From assembly GCA_031268855.1 (NCBI GenBank), contig JAIRWS010000040.1, forward strand, positions 1 through 39,052: a DNA stretch of 39,052 nucleotides, written 5' to 3'. The notes under the pieces were generated by a model. The model had not been told where the DNA came from. It worked only from the letters and a program-made list of their open reading frames with translations, and ran no database searches. Positions 8,857 through 18,004 of the stretch are shown here, in pieces. The position numbers and the translations under genes are program-made. The stretch comes from Candidatus Margulisiibacteriota bacterium (GTDB lineage: Bacteria > Margulisbacteria > Termititenacia > Termititenacales > Termititenacaceae). Every line of letters begins with the position of its first letter. Position 1 is the first letter of the stretch.

Positions 8857-11034
8857 CTAATTTACGCGGTAAACGTCATAAACATCTTTGACTTTTTTCA
8901 GGGCGCCTATCAAACGCAGCAGCCGCTCGAGATCGGCGATATCCACAATCAAATGGATTTTACATTCGCCCTGTCCGCTCCGGCGCGCCGTGGCCTCCTG
9001 CACATTGAAACCGCTGTCAGAAACAACATTGAGTATATCTTTGAAAATACCGACGCGGTCAAAACCGGCAACTTCCAGCGACGCCGCGTAAGTATTCTGC
9101 GGCGTGTTCTGCCAAAACACTTCGATTTTTCTTTCTTTTAGTTTGCTGATGTTTTTGCAGTCCGCGCGGTGTACGGTAATGCCGTAACCCATCGTTACAA
9201 AACCGACTATCGCATCGCCGGGCAGCGGGTGGCAGCAGTTGGCCAGGCGGATCAGCACCGAATCCACGCCGTCTACGACCACGCCGGCGCTGTTAGACTT
9301 GCGCGCGCTGCGGCTACGCTGACTGGCCTCCGGCGCGGTATGCTCCGCCGGCTCCTCAACCGGCTTGTTTTTTTCTTTGTAATTTTCCTGAAAAATTCGC
9401 GCGACAGCCCGGGAGGCCACATTGCCGTGGCCGATGCCAGTATATAAATCGTCGAGATTATAAAAAGTGTAGCGTTTCAAAACCGGCTCAGTGTATTTTT
9501 CGTTATTTAAAATCAGCGCCGGATCGAGCAGCAATTCTTTAAGCGCGGCCTGTAGCATCTCGCGGCCGGTTTCCAAATGCTGCTGCTTATTCTGCTTGGC
9601 AATCCAGCTTTTGATCTTGGTTTTGGTGCGCGGACTCTGCACAAAAGACAGCCAGTCACTGTTTGGCCGGCCGATCTTGCTGGTCAGGATCTCCACCACA
9701 TCGCCGTTGTGCAGCGCGGAATCCAGCGGCACAATTTTGTTATTGACTTTGGCGCCGACGCAGCGGTTGCCGACCTCGGTATGCACCTGATAAGCAAAAT
9801 CCACCGGTGTCGCGCCGTGGCAGAGCGAGTAAATATCGCCTTTGGGCGTAGACACATACACTTCATCGAAAAGGATTTCCGTTTTTAGATCCGCCATGAA
9901 TTCCGCGCTGTCCTTTTTTTCCTCGGCGAGCTGGCGCAGCCAGGTCATTTTACCGATATAATCAATATCTTTTTGTTTGGAGCGCTGCTTGCCGGCTTTA
10001 GTTTTGTCCGTCTGCTTGTACAGCCAGTGTGAAGCGACGCCGTATTCCGCCTGACTGTGCATGGCAAAAGTGCGGATCTGTATCTCCACCTGTTTGCCTT
10101 CCGGCCCGATAACCGTCGTGTGCAGCGACTGATAATTATTTTCTTTGGGCATGGCAATATAATCTTTGATCTTGCCGGGGATCGGCTTCCATTGGGCGTG
10201 GATCAGCCCCAGCAGACCGTAACACTCGCGCTCGGTATCTAGCAGCACACGCACCGCCGAGAGATCATAGATCTGCTCGAACTCCAGATGCTGTGTCTGC
10301 ATTTTGCGGTAAATGGAATAAAAATGTTTGGCGCGGCCGGACACTTCGCCGTGAATATTATTCCCGCGCAAAATCTCCCGCACCTTTTCGCAAAAATCCT
10401 GAATATAGGCTTCCCGCTCGCGGCGTTTTTCCGCCACCTTGTCGCGGATCTGCCAAAATTTATCCGGCTCCAGATAACGGAAAGACAAATCCTCCAGCTC
10501 CCACTTGATCAGCCCCAGACCCAGCCGGTGCGCCAGCGGCGCGAAAATATCCATCGTCTCCTGCGCGTTTTCGATCTGCTTGGCGCGCGACAGATACTCC
10601 AGCGTGCGCATATTGTGCAGGCGGTCAGCCAGCTTGATGAACACGATGCGAATATCCTTAGCCATGGCCAGCAGCATATTGCGTGTGTTCTCGGCATGGA
10701 TCTCCTCGCGCGAACGGGAAATTTTCAGCTCGGTCAGCTTGGTTACGCCTTTGACCAGGAACAAAACTTCCGCGCCGAAAAGCTCCTGGATTTTTTCTTC
10801 CGGCGTGGCGGTGTCCTCCACCACATCGTGCAGGAGAGCCGCGCAGAGCGTGTCCACGTCCTGCTTCAGCCCGGCCAAAGTCAGCGCGACCTCCAGAGGG
10901 TGCGCCAAATACGGCTCACCGGACAAACGCTTTTGCTTGCCGTGCGCGGCGGCCGCAAACTGATAAGCCTGCCGGACTTTATTTTGGTTTCTTTGGGAAA
11001 GATAGGCGCTGTGCTGCAAAAGTTTATCAAGCAT
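8857..11034 (-). CDS. rel: Bifunctional (p)ppGpp synthetase/hydrolase, RelA/SpoT family
   Basis: 725 aa. HD hydrolase motifs (HPLEVA, LLHDVVEDT), RelA/SpoT synthetase core, TGS region and an ACT-like C-terminus. Confidence 0.92.
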   Translation of the reverse strand: MLDKLLQHSAYLSQRNQNKVRQAYQFAAAAHGKQKRLSGEPYLAHPLEVALTLAGLKQDVDTLCAALLHDVVEDTATPEEKIQELFGAEVLFLVKGVTKLTELKISRSREEIHAENTRNMLLAMAKDIRIVFIKLADRLHNMRTLEYLSRAKQIENAQETMDIFAPLAHRLGLGLIKWELEDLSFRYLEPDKFWQIRDKVAEKRREREAYIQDFCEKVREILRGNNIHGEVSGRAKHFYSIYRKMQTQHLEFEQIYDLSAVRVLLDTERECYGLLGLIHAQWKPIPGKIKDYIAMPKENNYQSLHTTVIGPEGKQVEIQIRTFAMHSQAEYGVASHWLYKQTDKTKAGKQRSKQKDIDYIGKMTWLRQLAEEKKDSAEFMADLKTEILFDEVYVSTPKGDIYSLCHGATPVDFAYQVHTEVGNRCVGAKVNNKIVPLDSALHNGDVVEILTSKIGRPNSDWLSFVQSPRTKTKIKSWIAKQNKQQHLETGREMLQAALKELLLDPALILNNEKYTEPVLKRYTFYNLDDLYTGIGHGNVASRAVARIFQENYKEKNKPVEEPAEHTAPEASQRSRSARKSNSAGVVVDGVDSVLIRLANCCHPLPGDAIVGFVTMGYGITVHRADCKNISKLKERKIEVFWQNTPQNTYAASLEVAGFDRVGIFKDILNVVSDSGFNVQEATARRSGQGECKIHLIVDIADLERLLRLIGALKKVKDVYDVYRVN

Positions 11035-11117
11035 TTGACAGCTATTTTACAGCGAAGAGCGCGGTTATATCAAATTTCGCGCGCGGAAACGGCCGTGGCT
11101 TAGTTTGCTATATTTTT

Positions 11118-11148
11118 AACTATTTTATACCAGTAGTATAAAATAGTT
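11118..11148. repeat. Palindromic element copy 1 (13-bp arms, 5-nt spacer: aactattttatac-cagta-gtataaaatagtt)
   Basis: Perfect inverted repeat read directly from the sequence. Lies in the divergent rel / DUF4143 intergenic region. Contains TTAACT-17-TAAAAT promoter-like hexamers on both strands. Confidence 0.9.
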
Positions 11149-11152
11149 AAAT

Positions 11153-11187
11153 TTGACTTTTTTATACCAGTAGTATAAAATAGTCAA
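11153..11187 (+). promoter_or_regulatory. Palindromic element copy 2, containing a near-consensus promoter (TTGACT-17 nt-TAAAAT) ending 8 nt before the ATG
   Basis: ttgacttttttatac-cagta-gtataaaatagtcaa, 15-bp arms with 1 mismatch. -35 at 11153..11158 and -10 at 11176..11181. ATG at 11190 with no Shine-Dalgarno, which suggests a leaderless or near-leaderless mRNA. Confidence 0.55.
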
Positions 11188-11189
11188 AT

Positions 11190-12407
11190 ATGGCCAAAGT
11201 TAAAAGAAATATTTTAGCGGAACTCCTTAAAGAATTCGCTTTGCCGCAAATCTCGATCTTGTTGGGGCCGCGGCAGGTCGGCAAAACCTTCCTGCTAAAA
11301 GAACTGCATCGGGAAGCCCAAAAACGCCAGCTGCGCTGCAGCTATTACAATCTCGAACTGCCGTCCGATAATTTAAAATTCAACCAAGATGAGGCCGGTG
11401 TGTACAAAATGCTGACCACCAATACCGCTGTGCTTTTTATTGACGAATTTCATTATTACCCGAATATTTCCAAACTATTCAAAGCCATTTACGACAGCAA
11501 TAAAAAAATAAAAATTTTTGCGTCCGGCTCGTCATCAATAGAAATACATAAACACCTCAAAGAAAGTCTGGCTGGCCGGCGGCTGGTCACTAAAATAAAT
11601 CCGCTGACCCTGACTGAATACGCGCAAAAAAACAAAACCCGAAATCCCGCTAAAACGCTTGACGAATATCTGGTCTATGGCGGGCTGCCCGGATTGGTGC
11701 ACGCCGATAACAAAGAGCACAAAATACGGCTGTTAAACGAACTGCTGGAAACTTATATCCAAAAAGACATCAAATCCCTGCTCAAGGAAGAAAATATCCG
11801 CGCTTTTAATAATTTGCTGTATTTGCTGGCCGAACGACAGGGCTCGCTGATCTCCGTCAATAACCTGGCCAATGAAATCGGCCTGACCAGCCGCACTATC
11901 GAAAAATATCTAACGCTTCTGGAAAACACTTATACTTGTTTCCCGCTCGGCTCATATTCCAAAAATATCGGCAACGAATTAAAAAAATCCCGCAAGTTTT
12001 TTTTGTACGATTTCGGCATTCGGAATACTATACTGAAAGATTTTTCCGCCAGCCGCAGCAGAAAAGATTTTGGCGCTATTAACGAGTCTTTTGTCTTTTT
12101 GAATTTGCTCTGGCAATTGCAGCCTAATATGGAGCTGCGTTTTTGGCGGGACAAATCCGGCAACGAGGTGGATTTTGTCCTGCTCGTTGACCGCCAGCCA
12201 ATACCAATAGAAGTAAAAACAACCTGGTCGGACGCCGGCATCCCGCAAGGTCTTAAAGCCTTTCTCAAACGTTACCCCGCCACAACCCAAGCGTTTGTCC
12301 TATCAACGAATTATATTGGCGTGGCTAAATATAAGAATACCAAAATCATTTTTATGAAAACCGTGGCTTGCCTGAATTTGCAAAACTTCACCAAGGAGCA
12401 TTTTTGA
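11190..12407 (+). CDS. AAA+ ATPase with C-terminal DUF4143 (PD-(D/E)xK-like) domain
   Basis: 405 aa. Walker A GPRQVGKT, Walker B LFIDEF. C-terminal EVDFVLL...IPIEVKT, typical of AAA_14 + DUF4143 proteins. Confidence 0.8.
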   Translation: MAKVKRNILAELLKEFALPQISILLGPRQVGKTFLLKELHREAQKRQLRCSYYNLELPSDNLKFNQDEAGVYKMLTTNTAVLFIDEFHYYPNISKLFKAIYDSNKKIKIFASGSSSIEIHKHLKESLAGRRLVTKINPLTLTEYAQKNKTRNPAKTLDEYLVYGGLPGLVHADNKEHKIRLLNELLETYIQKDIKSLLKEENIRAFNNLLYLLAERQGSLISVNNLANEIGLTSRTIEKYLTLLENTYTCFPLGSYSKNIGNELKKSRKFFLYDFGIRNTILKDFSASRSRKDFGAINESFVFLNLLWQLQPNMELRFWRDKSGNEVDFVLLVDRQPIPIEVKTTWSDAGIPQGLKAFLKRYPATTQAFVLSTNYIGVAKYKNTKIIFMKTVACLNLQNFTKEHF

Positions 12408-12438
12408 CTTTTTTATACTACTAGTATAAAAAAGTCAA
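12404..12438. repeat. Palindromic element copy 3 (perfect 15-bp arms: ttgacttttttatac-tacta-gtataaaaaagtcaa), overlapping the DUF4143 stop codon
   Basis: 32 of 35 nt identical to copy 2. Sits between the convergent DUF4143 and acyl-CoA ligase genes and could also serve as a hairpin terminator. Confidence 0.9.
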
Positions 12439-12447
12439 AAGGGGGAA

Positions 12448-14055
12448 TTAGTCTTTCTTTTGATTTGCCGGATTTTCCTTAATCGCATACTCTCCCGCTT
12501 CAAGTTTAGCGATGACCTCATGCACTTTGACCTTCTGCGTGGAAGTACGCGGCAGCGGCTCGGCAGACACGGCAAAGTCACCGATACGTTTGTAAGTCGG
12601 CAGGCCATGGCTCAAATGTTTTAATTCCGTTTTGACTTTGGCATAGGCGTTTTCCGTGTTTTCCGGCGGGTAGATTACGGCAAAAACAGTTTCATGCCGG
12701 TCTACGTAGCGGCCAAAAACCGTGATCTCCTCGATCAACGGCGATCTCAAATAGTGCGCTTCCAAATCTTCCGGGTAAACATTTTTGCCGGAAGCCATCA
12801 CGATCACATTTTTACGGCGGCCGCGGATGTGCAGCTCGTTATTTTTGTCAATGAATCCCAGATCACCACTGTTAAACCAGCCACGCTCATCAAAAGCATT
12901 TTTAGTCGCTTCCGGATTTTTGTAATAACCCGGCGTCACCGCGTCTCCCTTGAGCCAAATATCGCCGATGCCGTCGGAATTGAGATCGCGCACCTCGACA
13001 AAATTATTACCCAGCGGCTTGCCCACGCAAATCGGCGTAGGATTGTGATATTTGCCGCCACAGATCGGCCCGCAGGTCTCGGTCAAGCCGTAGCCTTCGA
13101 CCACCCGAAAACCCATATTTTTATAATAAATGCAGTAACGCCAGCCGAAACGGGAACCGCCGCTCAAAAGCATGCGCAGCCGCAAGCCAAATGTTTTGTG
13201 CACCGGATAAAAAATTTTATCAACCAGGCGTCCCAGACCCAGATGCCGCAGATCCGGCGCATACCGGACAAAGAACATGAACAAACGGTATTTGAACATC
13301 GATTCATTTTTGAGTGTTTTGACCAGACGGTCAAAGAATATTTCCCACAATTGCGGCACCGCTGACAGCACCGTCACCGGATATTTGGCCAGCGTGCCCA
13401 GAATATCCGGACCTTTAAGCGAATTTTGAAAAATCAATCCGCAGCCCGCCAGATACGGCGCGTAAAATCCGGCCAAAATACCATACACATGATACAGCGG
13501 CAGCACCGTCATAAAAATATCCTGCGACACGGCATAGACGTGCTTGACGCAGGCCAAAGATATAGAGATCAAATTTTTATGCGTAAGCTGCACAACCTTG
13601 GGCACGCCAGTGGTGCCGGAAGTATAAACCAGAATAGCCACATCTTCCTCCGCCACTGTTTCCGCCGGCGCAAAATCGCGGGGGAGATCTGTTGCTTCGA
13701 TACTCAATTTTTCCACGCCGTAATCCTCAGCGGCAAAATCCCTGGAAACATACAGCAGCTTCGTATCCACAAAATCAAGCATTGTCCGGTGCAGGTCAGG
13801 TTTGAGATTGGTGTCCAGCACCAGAACCAGCGCGCCCAGCGACGCAATCGCCATAAAAGTAATGCACCATTCCGGAGAATTTTTGCTCAAGATGCCGATG
13901 ACATCGCCTTTTTTGACGCCTCTGGCCTGCAAAGCCGCGGCACGGGACAAGACTCTCCGCCAGGCCTCACTGTAAGTGATACCCTCAACGACAAAAGCTA
14001 CGCCATCAGCATGTTCCAGCGAGGAGCGTTGGCATTCCTCAAAAATGTTGGACAT
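12448..14055 (-). CDS. AMP-dependent synthetase/ligase (long-chain acyl-CoA synthetase-like)
   Basis: 535 aa. AMP-binding signature YTSGTTGVPKVVQLTHKNL, then GYGLTE and the downstream adenylation motifs. Confidence 0.85.
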   Translation of the reverse strand: MSNIFEECQRSSLEHADGVAFVVEGITYSEAWRRVLSRAAALQARGVKKGDVIGILSKNSPEWCITFMAIASLGALVLVLDTNLKPDLHRTMLDFVDTKLLYVSRDFAAEDYGVEKLSIEATDLPRDFAPAETVAEEDVAILVYTSGTTGVPKVVQLTHKNLISISLACVKHVYAVSQDIFMTVLPLYHVYGILAGFYAPYLAGCGLIFQNSLKGPDILGTLAKYPVTVLSAVPQLWEIFFDRLVKTLKNESMFKYRLFMFFVRYAPDLRHLGLGRLVDKIFYPVHKTFGLRLRMLLSGGSRFGWRYCIYYKNMGFRVVEGYGLTETCGPICGGKYHNPTPICVGKPLGNNFVEVRDLNSDGIGDIWLKGDAVTPGYYKNPEATKNAFDERGWFNSGDLGFIDKNNELHIRGRRKNVIVMASGKNVYPEDLEAHYLRSPLIEEITVFGRYVDRHETVFAVIYPPENTENAYAKVKTELKHLSHGLPTYKRIGDFAVSAEPLPRTSTQKVKVHEVIAKLEAGEYAIKENPANQKKD

Positions 14056-14163
14056 ACACCTATATAATAACTCAAAATCTGGAGATAAGCATCAAGTATT
14101 ACAAATATACCAACCCGCCAAATTTACGCTATAATTGCCGCTAAATAAACCAAAGGATAAATT

Positions 14164-15174
14164 ATGTCGAAATACAATGTCGCGGTCGTCGGCGCAACCG
14201 GCGTGGTCGGCCAGGAAATGCTCAAAGTGCTGGAAGAAAGAAAATTTCCGGTCAATAAGATAATTCCGCTGGCTTCAGCACGCACCGCCGGCTCACGTGT
14301 GGAATTTCAGGGACAGGAAATCGTTGTGCGGGAGTTAAAAGAAACTTCTTTTCAAGACGCGCAGATCGCTTTATTTTCCGCTGGCTCGGCGGTCTCGGAA
14401 AAATTTGCGCCAATAGCCGCGGCGGCGGGAGCCGTGGTCATCGACAATACCGCTTTTTTCCGCATGGACCCGCAGGTGCCGCTGGTCGTGCCGGAAGTTA
14501 ACGCTCGTGAAGTAAAAAATCGCCCCAAAGGCATTATCGCCAATCCCAACTGCTCCACGGCGCAAATGGTCGTCGCGCTCAAACCGATTTACGACGCGGC
14601 AGGCATCGCGCGGCTGGTCATCTCGACCTATCAGGCGGTGTCCGGCACCGGCAAAGAAGCGATCGACGAATTGCAGCAAGAAGTTGTGGATATTCTGCAG
14701 TTCAAGCCAGTGCGGCCAAAAGTTTACCCGTATCAGATCGCCTTTAATATCCTGCCGCACATTGATAGTTTTTTGGACAGCGGCTACAGCAAGGAAGAAA
14801 TGAAAATGGTCAATGAAACCCAAAAGATTTTTGGTGACGCCGACCTACGTGTGACCGCGACAACCTGCCGCGTGCCGGTGTTTTACTGCCACTCGGAATG
14901 TGTCAATGTGGAAACGAAAAAGAAACTCAGCGCGGACGAAGCGCGGCGGCTTTTGCGCCAGGCGGAGAATGTAATCGTTTTGGATGAACCTCAAAAAAAT
15001 ATTTATCCCATGCCGCTACTGGCCGCCGGCAAAAACGAAACTTTGGTCGGGCGCATCCGCGAAGACATCTCGCTCGACAACGGACTGGAGCTTTTTATCG
15101 TGGCGGACAATCTGCGCAAAGGCGCGGCTTTTAACGCTGTGCAGATCGCGGAAGAGGTAATCAAAGATTTATAA
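14164..15174 (+). CDS. asd: Aspartate-semialdehyde dehydrogenase
   Basis: 336 aa. N-terminal Rossmann VAVVGATGVVGQ. Active-site context IANPNCSTAQMVVALKP. Confidence 0.92.
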   Translation: MSKYNVAVVGATGVVGQEMLKVLEERKFPVNKIIPLASARTAGSRVEFQGQEIVVRELKETSFQDAQIALFSAGSAVSEKFAPIAAAAGAVVIDNTAFFRMDPQVPLVVPEVNAREVKNRPKGIIANPNCSTAQMVVALKPIYDAAGIARLVISTYQAVSGTGKEAIDELQQEVVDILQFKPVRPKVYPYQIAFNILPHIDSFLDSGYSKEEMKMVNETQKIFGDADLRVTATTCRVPVFYCHSECVNVETKKKLSADEARRLLRQAENVIVLDEPQKNIYPMPLLAAGKNETLVGRIREDISLDNGLELFIVADNLRKGAAFNAVQIAEEVIKDL

Positions 15175-15181
15175 AGAATTA

Positions 15182-15784
15182 TTGAAATTTTACCGCGGTT
15201 TGATCCGGCGGCACGGCGGACAGTCGGTGCTTTCTGTTTCTTACAACGACCGCTCGACCCAATACACGCGCTTTGACACGCTGGTCAAATATACCGTGCC
15301 CGATAAAACGGAAAAACTCACTTTGCTGGACATCGGCTGCGGTCTGGGCGATCTGTATGATTATTTGCAGACCAGCGGCTACCAAAATGTGGATTATACC
15401 GGCCTCGACATCGTGCCAGAAATGCTCAGCGCGGCGCAGCAGAATTATCCGGCGGCCAAATTTAAGAATGAGAATTTTGTCACCGCGAAACTGGAAAATT
15501 ACGACATTATTTTGGCGTCAGGCAGTTTGAATATTATTTTTGACCGGCCGGACGATCAGGCGCAGTACATCCAAAATGTCATCGAAAAAATGTACGCCAG
15601 CTCGCGGCTGGCCTGCGCTTTTAATCTGCTGGATCAAGACGCGATGCATTTATATGCACAAGACCCGCGGTTTTACTATGCGGACAAAAGGCGCTTTTTG
15701 CAGTTCTGCCGTTCCTTTTGTCCGCAGGCTTTACTGGTCTACGGTTACTTGCTCAACGATTTCTCGCTGATCCTCAAACACTAG
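15182..15784 (+). CDS. Class I SAM-dependent methyltransferase
   Basis: 200 aa. Motif I LLDIGCGLGDL. The start is an apparent TTG and is uncertain. Its stop overlaps the convergent DUF975 stop in a CTAG. Confidence 0.7.
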   Translation: MKFYRGLIRRHGGQSVLSVSYNDRSTQYTRFDTLVKYTVPDKTEKLTLLDIGCGLGDLYDYLQTSGYQNVDYTGLDIVPEMLSAAQQNYPAAKFKNENFVTAKLENYDIILASGSLNIIFDRPDDQAQYIQNVIEKMYASSRLACAFNLLDQDAMHLYAQDPRFYYADKRRFLQFCRSFCPQALLVYGYLLNDFSLILKH

Positions 15785-16470
15785 GCAATTTTCTTGCCGG
15801 ACAATTTACCATACACATACATCGAAGCGTAATACGAGGTCGGCACACTTATTAGCAAGCCGAGGCCAAAGCATAACGTACCCAATATATTTATGCCCAG
15901 CAGCGCCAGCGACCAGACGAATAAATTCAAACGCTGACCGGCCACTAATTTACGGCTGGCGGCCAGAGCTTCGGTCGGGCTTAATTTTTTGTCCACCACA
16001 AGCAGCTGCGTGAACATATAAGTGTAAGACCAAACGATGCCCGGGATCACGAACAAAATCAGGCCGGCTGTAATGATCAGCGCACGTAAAATACACGCGC
16101 CGATATATTGCCAGAAATACTGATGATTGTCCGCGTCAAGGAAATGCTCCAACGCAGGAGCTCTGCCGGAAAGCACGGCCAACAGCACACGCCGCCAGCC
16201 CAGCGCGATCATCACAGACACATAAATCGAAAGAGCGGCTATGAGCAACATTACCAGCATGCACACCAAAACACCGCCATTCAAAGAAAGGCCCAGCACA
16301 ACGCCGCCGGCCAAACTCACAAGGTACGTGGCCAGCTCAGCCAAAACATACAAACCCAGCGTTATCCAGAAAAACTTCTTGGTTTTAGCAAAGCCATAAC
16401 TCAGAGATTCGACTATTGAAAACTTCCAATCACCGTTATCTATATTTTCAACACGTTCCAATTTTTCCAT
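15781..16470 (-). CDS. Integral membrane protein, DUF975-like
   Basis: 229 aa with multiple TM segments. The loop LSPTEALAASRKLVAGQRLNLFVW resembles the DUF975 conserved region. Confidence 0.55.
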   Translation of the reverse strand: MEKLERVENIDNGDWKFSIVESLSYGFAKTKKFFWITLGLYVLAELATYLVSLAGGVVLGLSLNGGVLVCMLVMLLIAALSIYVSVMIALGWRRVLLAVLSGRAPALEHFLDADNHQYFWQYIGACILRALIITAGLILFVIPGIVWSYTYMFTQLLVVDKKLSPTEALAASRKLVAGQRLNLFVWSLALLGINILGTLCFGLGLLISVPTSYYASMYVYGKLSGKKIA

Positions 16471-16599
16471 TTCTGCCTCCTTATTAAAAAGTTATTAAAA
16501 TTATAACAAGCTTTAATTTTTTTTAAAGTACTATTAAAAATATCAGTCAATATCTTGGCAATCCTTTAGTAACGGCTGGACTGTATTATTACTTCATCA

Positions 16600-16664
16600 G
16601 AAAATCAAATGACTTACTTTATAGTATTATCTTTTCGGTCACCAATATACAGCGGATTATTGTC
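16600..16664 (-). repeat. Displaced duplicate of the yhaM-like gene 3' end (16 codons + stop + 14 nt)
   Basis: 58 of 65 nt identical to 16715..16779. On the minus strand it reads DNNPLYIGDRKDNTIK-stop, against DNNPLYIGDQKDNTIK-stop in the intact gene. The copies are 115 bp apart. Confidence 0.9.
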
Positions 16665-16728
16665 TCTCACTCAACTTCGCTTCGCTTGTTAAGTTCGAGC
16701 AAAAATGTGTTTCCGAAAATCAAACGAC

Positions 16729-17697
16729 TTACTTTATAGTATTATCTTTTTGATCACCAATATACAATGGGTTGTTGTCAAACATAAAAGCTCTGGCTGT
16801 CCAATTGCCGTCCGCCGGATTTTTTTCGACAAATTCAGCAAAGCCAACCAGTTTAGCGTCAATATTATCGATGTGATGCAAAGCAATGGCTTCTCTGGTC
16901 ATGGGCGTTTTGGGCGAACCAAATTCCTGCTGGCCGTGATGCGAAAGTATCAAATGTTCCAGCAGCATTTTTTTCTCCAGCGGAAACCCGGGCAGCTGGC
17001 GGATCTTTTCCTGCAAAATCTCCAGCCCCAGACTGATATGCCCGACCAGCCGGCCGGTATCCGTGTAGCCAAAAGACATTCCGGCGTAATCAAGCTCGCG
17101 GGTTTTGCCGATGTCGTGAAGAAACACGCCGAGCAGAAGCAGGTCTTTATTCAACGGATACTGCGCCGCGACAAACAAAGCCAAATCCAGCAGCGCCGCG
17201 GTGTGCTCGAGCAGACCGCCGAGACAGGCCGAGTGGACATTTCGCGCGGCGGGGGCTTTGGCAAAATCAGCCAGAAGTTTGGCGTCAGACAAAAATAATT
17301 CGGCCAGTTTGCGCAAATCCGCGTCGCCAAGCCCTAGCAGAATATCCTTTACTTTTTGCAGGGTCTGCGGAATGTCTTTTTTGGTCTGGCGGATAAAATC
17401 GCCAGGGTCATATTCGTCTGCCGCGGCCAGCCTGACCTGGCCAATATTGAACTGCCGCTTGCCTTTGTATTCACCCAGCGCGCCGCGGACTTTGATCACG
17501 GAGTTTTCCTGTATCCGCGGAAATAACTCCGTGTGCTCTTTCCAAATATTGGCTTCCGTCTCGCCGCTGGCATCGACCAAATGGACATTGAGATACGGCT
17601 CACCGTTTTTGGTGGTTTTTTCCTGCCGCCGCGCCACGGCCAAAAAAGTATCCGTTGTTTCGTTCAATTTTAGATCTTTGAGCAGAGGCTTGGTCAT
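16729..17697 (-). CDS. yhaM: 3'-5' exoribonuclease YhaM-like (OB-fold + HD domain)
   Basis: 322 aa. N-terminal OB-fold (KNGEPYLNVHLVDASGE...IKVRGALGEYKG). HD domain with FLHDIGK and SHHG. Confidence 0.8.
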   Translation of the reverse strand: MTKPLLKDLKLNETTDTFLAVARRQEKTTKNGEPYLNVHLVDASGETEANIWKEHTELFPRIQENSVIKVRGALGEYKGKRQFNIGQVRLAAADEYDPGDFIRQTKKDIPQTLQKVKDILLGLGDADLRKLAELFLSDAKLLADFAKAPAARNVHSACLGGLLEHTAALLDLALFVAAQYPLNKDLLLLGVFLHDIGKTRELDYAGMSFGYTDTGRLVGHISLGLEILQEKIRQLPGFPLEKKMLLEHLILSHHGQQEFGSPKTPMTREAIALHHIDNIDAKLVGFAEFVEKNPADGNWTARAFMFDNNPLYIGDQKDNTIK

Positions 17698-18004
17698 AAT
17701 TATTTTGATTTTAGCTCAAGCGGCGTTATTTTTATAGCCTGAATCTTCTTTTTAGCCGGCGGCGGCTAATAATGTATCCTTTTTCCGCCGCCGAAATATT
17801 CAAAGCTCCGGGCACATTAGTGGACAAGCTATGTCGAGAATTTGTGGCAGCTATAAACCAAACACCCCTGTTCAATGTTTTTCTTGAGCCGCTTTTTTAA
17901 TCAGCGCTCTGGCCAGGGACAGCACTACTTCTTGAGAGCCAAGGTCTAACCGCTGTCCTGACACAGAGCCGCCAGTTTTTTGCTCATTTGAAAATAGCGC
18001 GCAG

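Noticed and set aside
10288-11103. Long plus-strand ORFs antisense to well-supported genes. Examples: 10288..11103 opposite rel, 37439..38359 opposite the ABC ATPase, 12694..13365 and 13426..14067 opposite the acyl-CoA ligase, 34398..35111 and 35136..35876 opposite the TPR/mazF genes, and 22451..22918 opposite recA.
   Set aside because: Their translations are low-complexity and Arg/His/Gln-rich with no recognisable motifs. Each lies entirely within a gene whose opposite-strand product has clear family signatures. These are typical shadow ORFs.
11118-12438. Considered whether the repeated palindromes, or the 12-bp tandem repeat at 2537..2572, could be a CRISPR array.
   Set aside because: Only three palindrome copies are present, with spacings of 4 bp and about 1.2 kb. 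The 12-bp repeats are contiguous and lie in frame inside a gene. There are no spacer-like unique units and no cas genes in the window.
16471-18004. Scanned the longer intergenic regions (16471..16728, 17698..18004, 26617..26942) for tRNA, tmRNA or other structured RNA genes.
   Set aside because: No cloverleaf-compatible sequence with T-loop (GTTCGAATC-like) or anticodon-arm features was seen. The GC-rich hairpin at about 17753..17793 (cggcggcgg...ccgccgccg) has a long loop and no adjacent U-tract, so I do not call it a terminator or an RNA gene.
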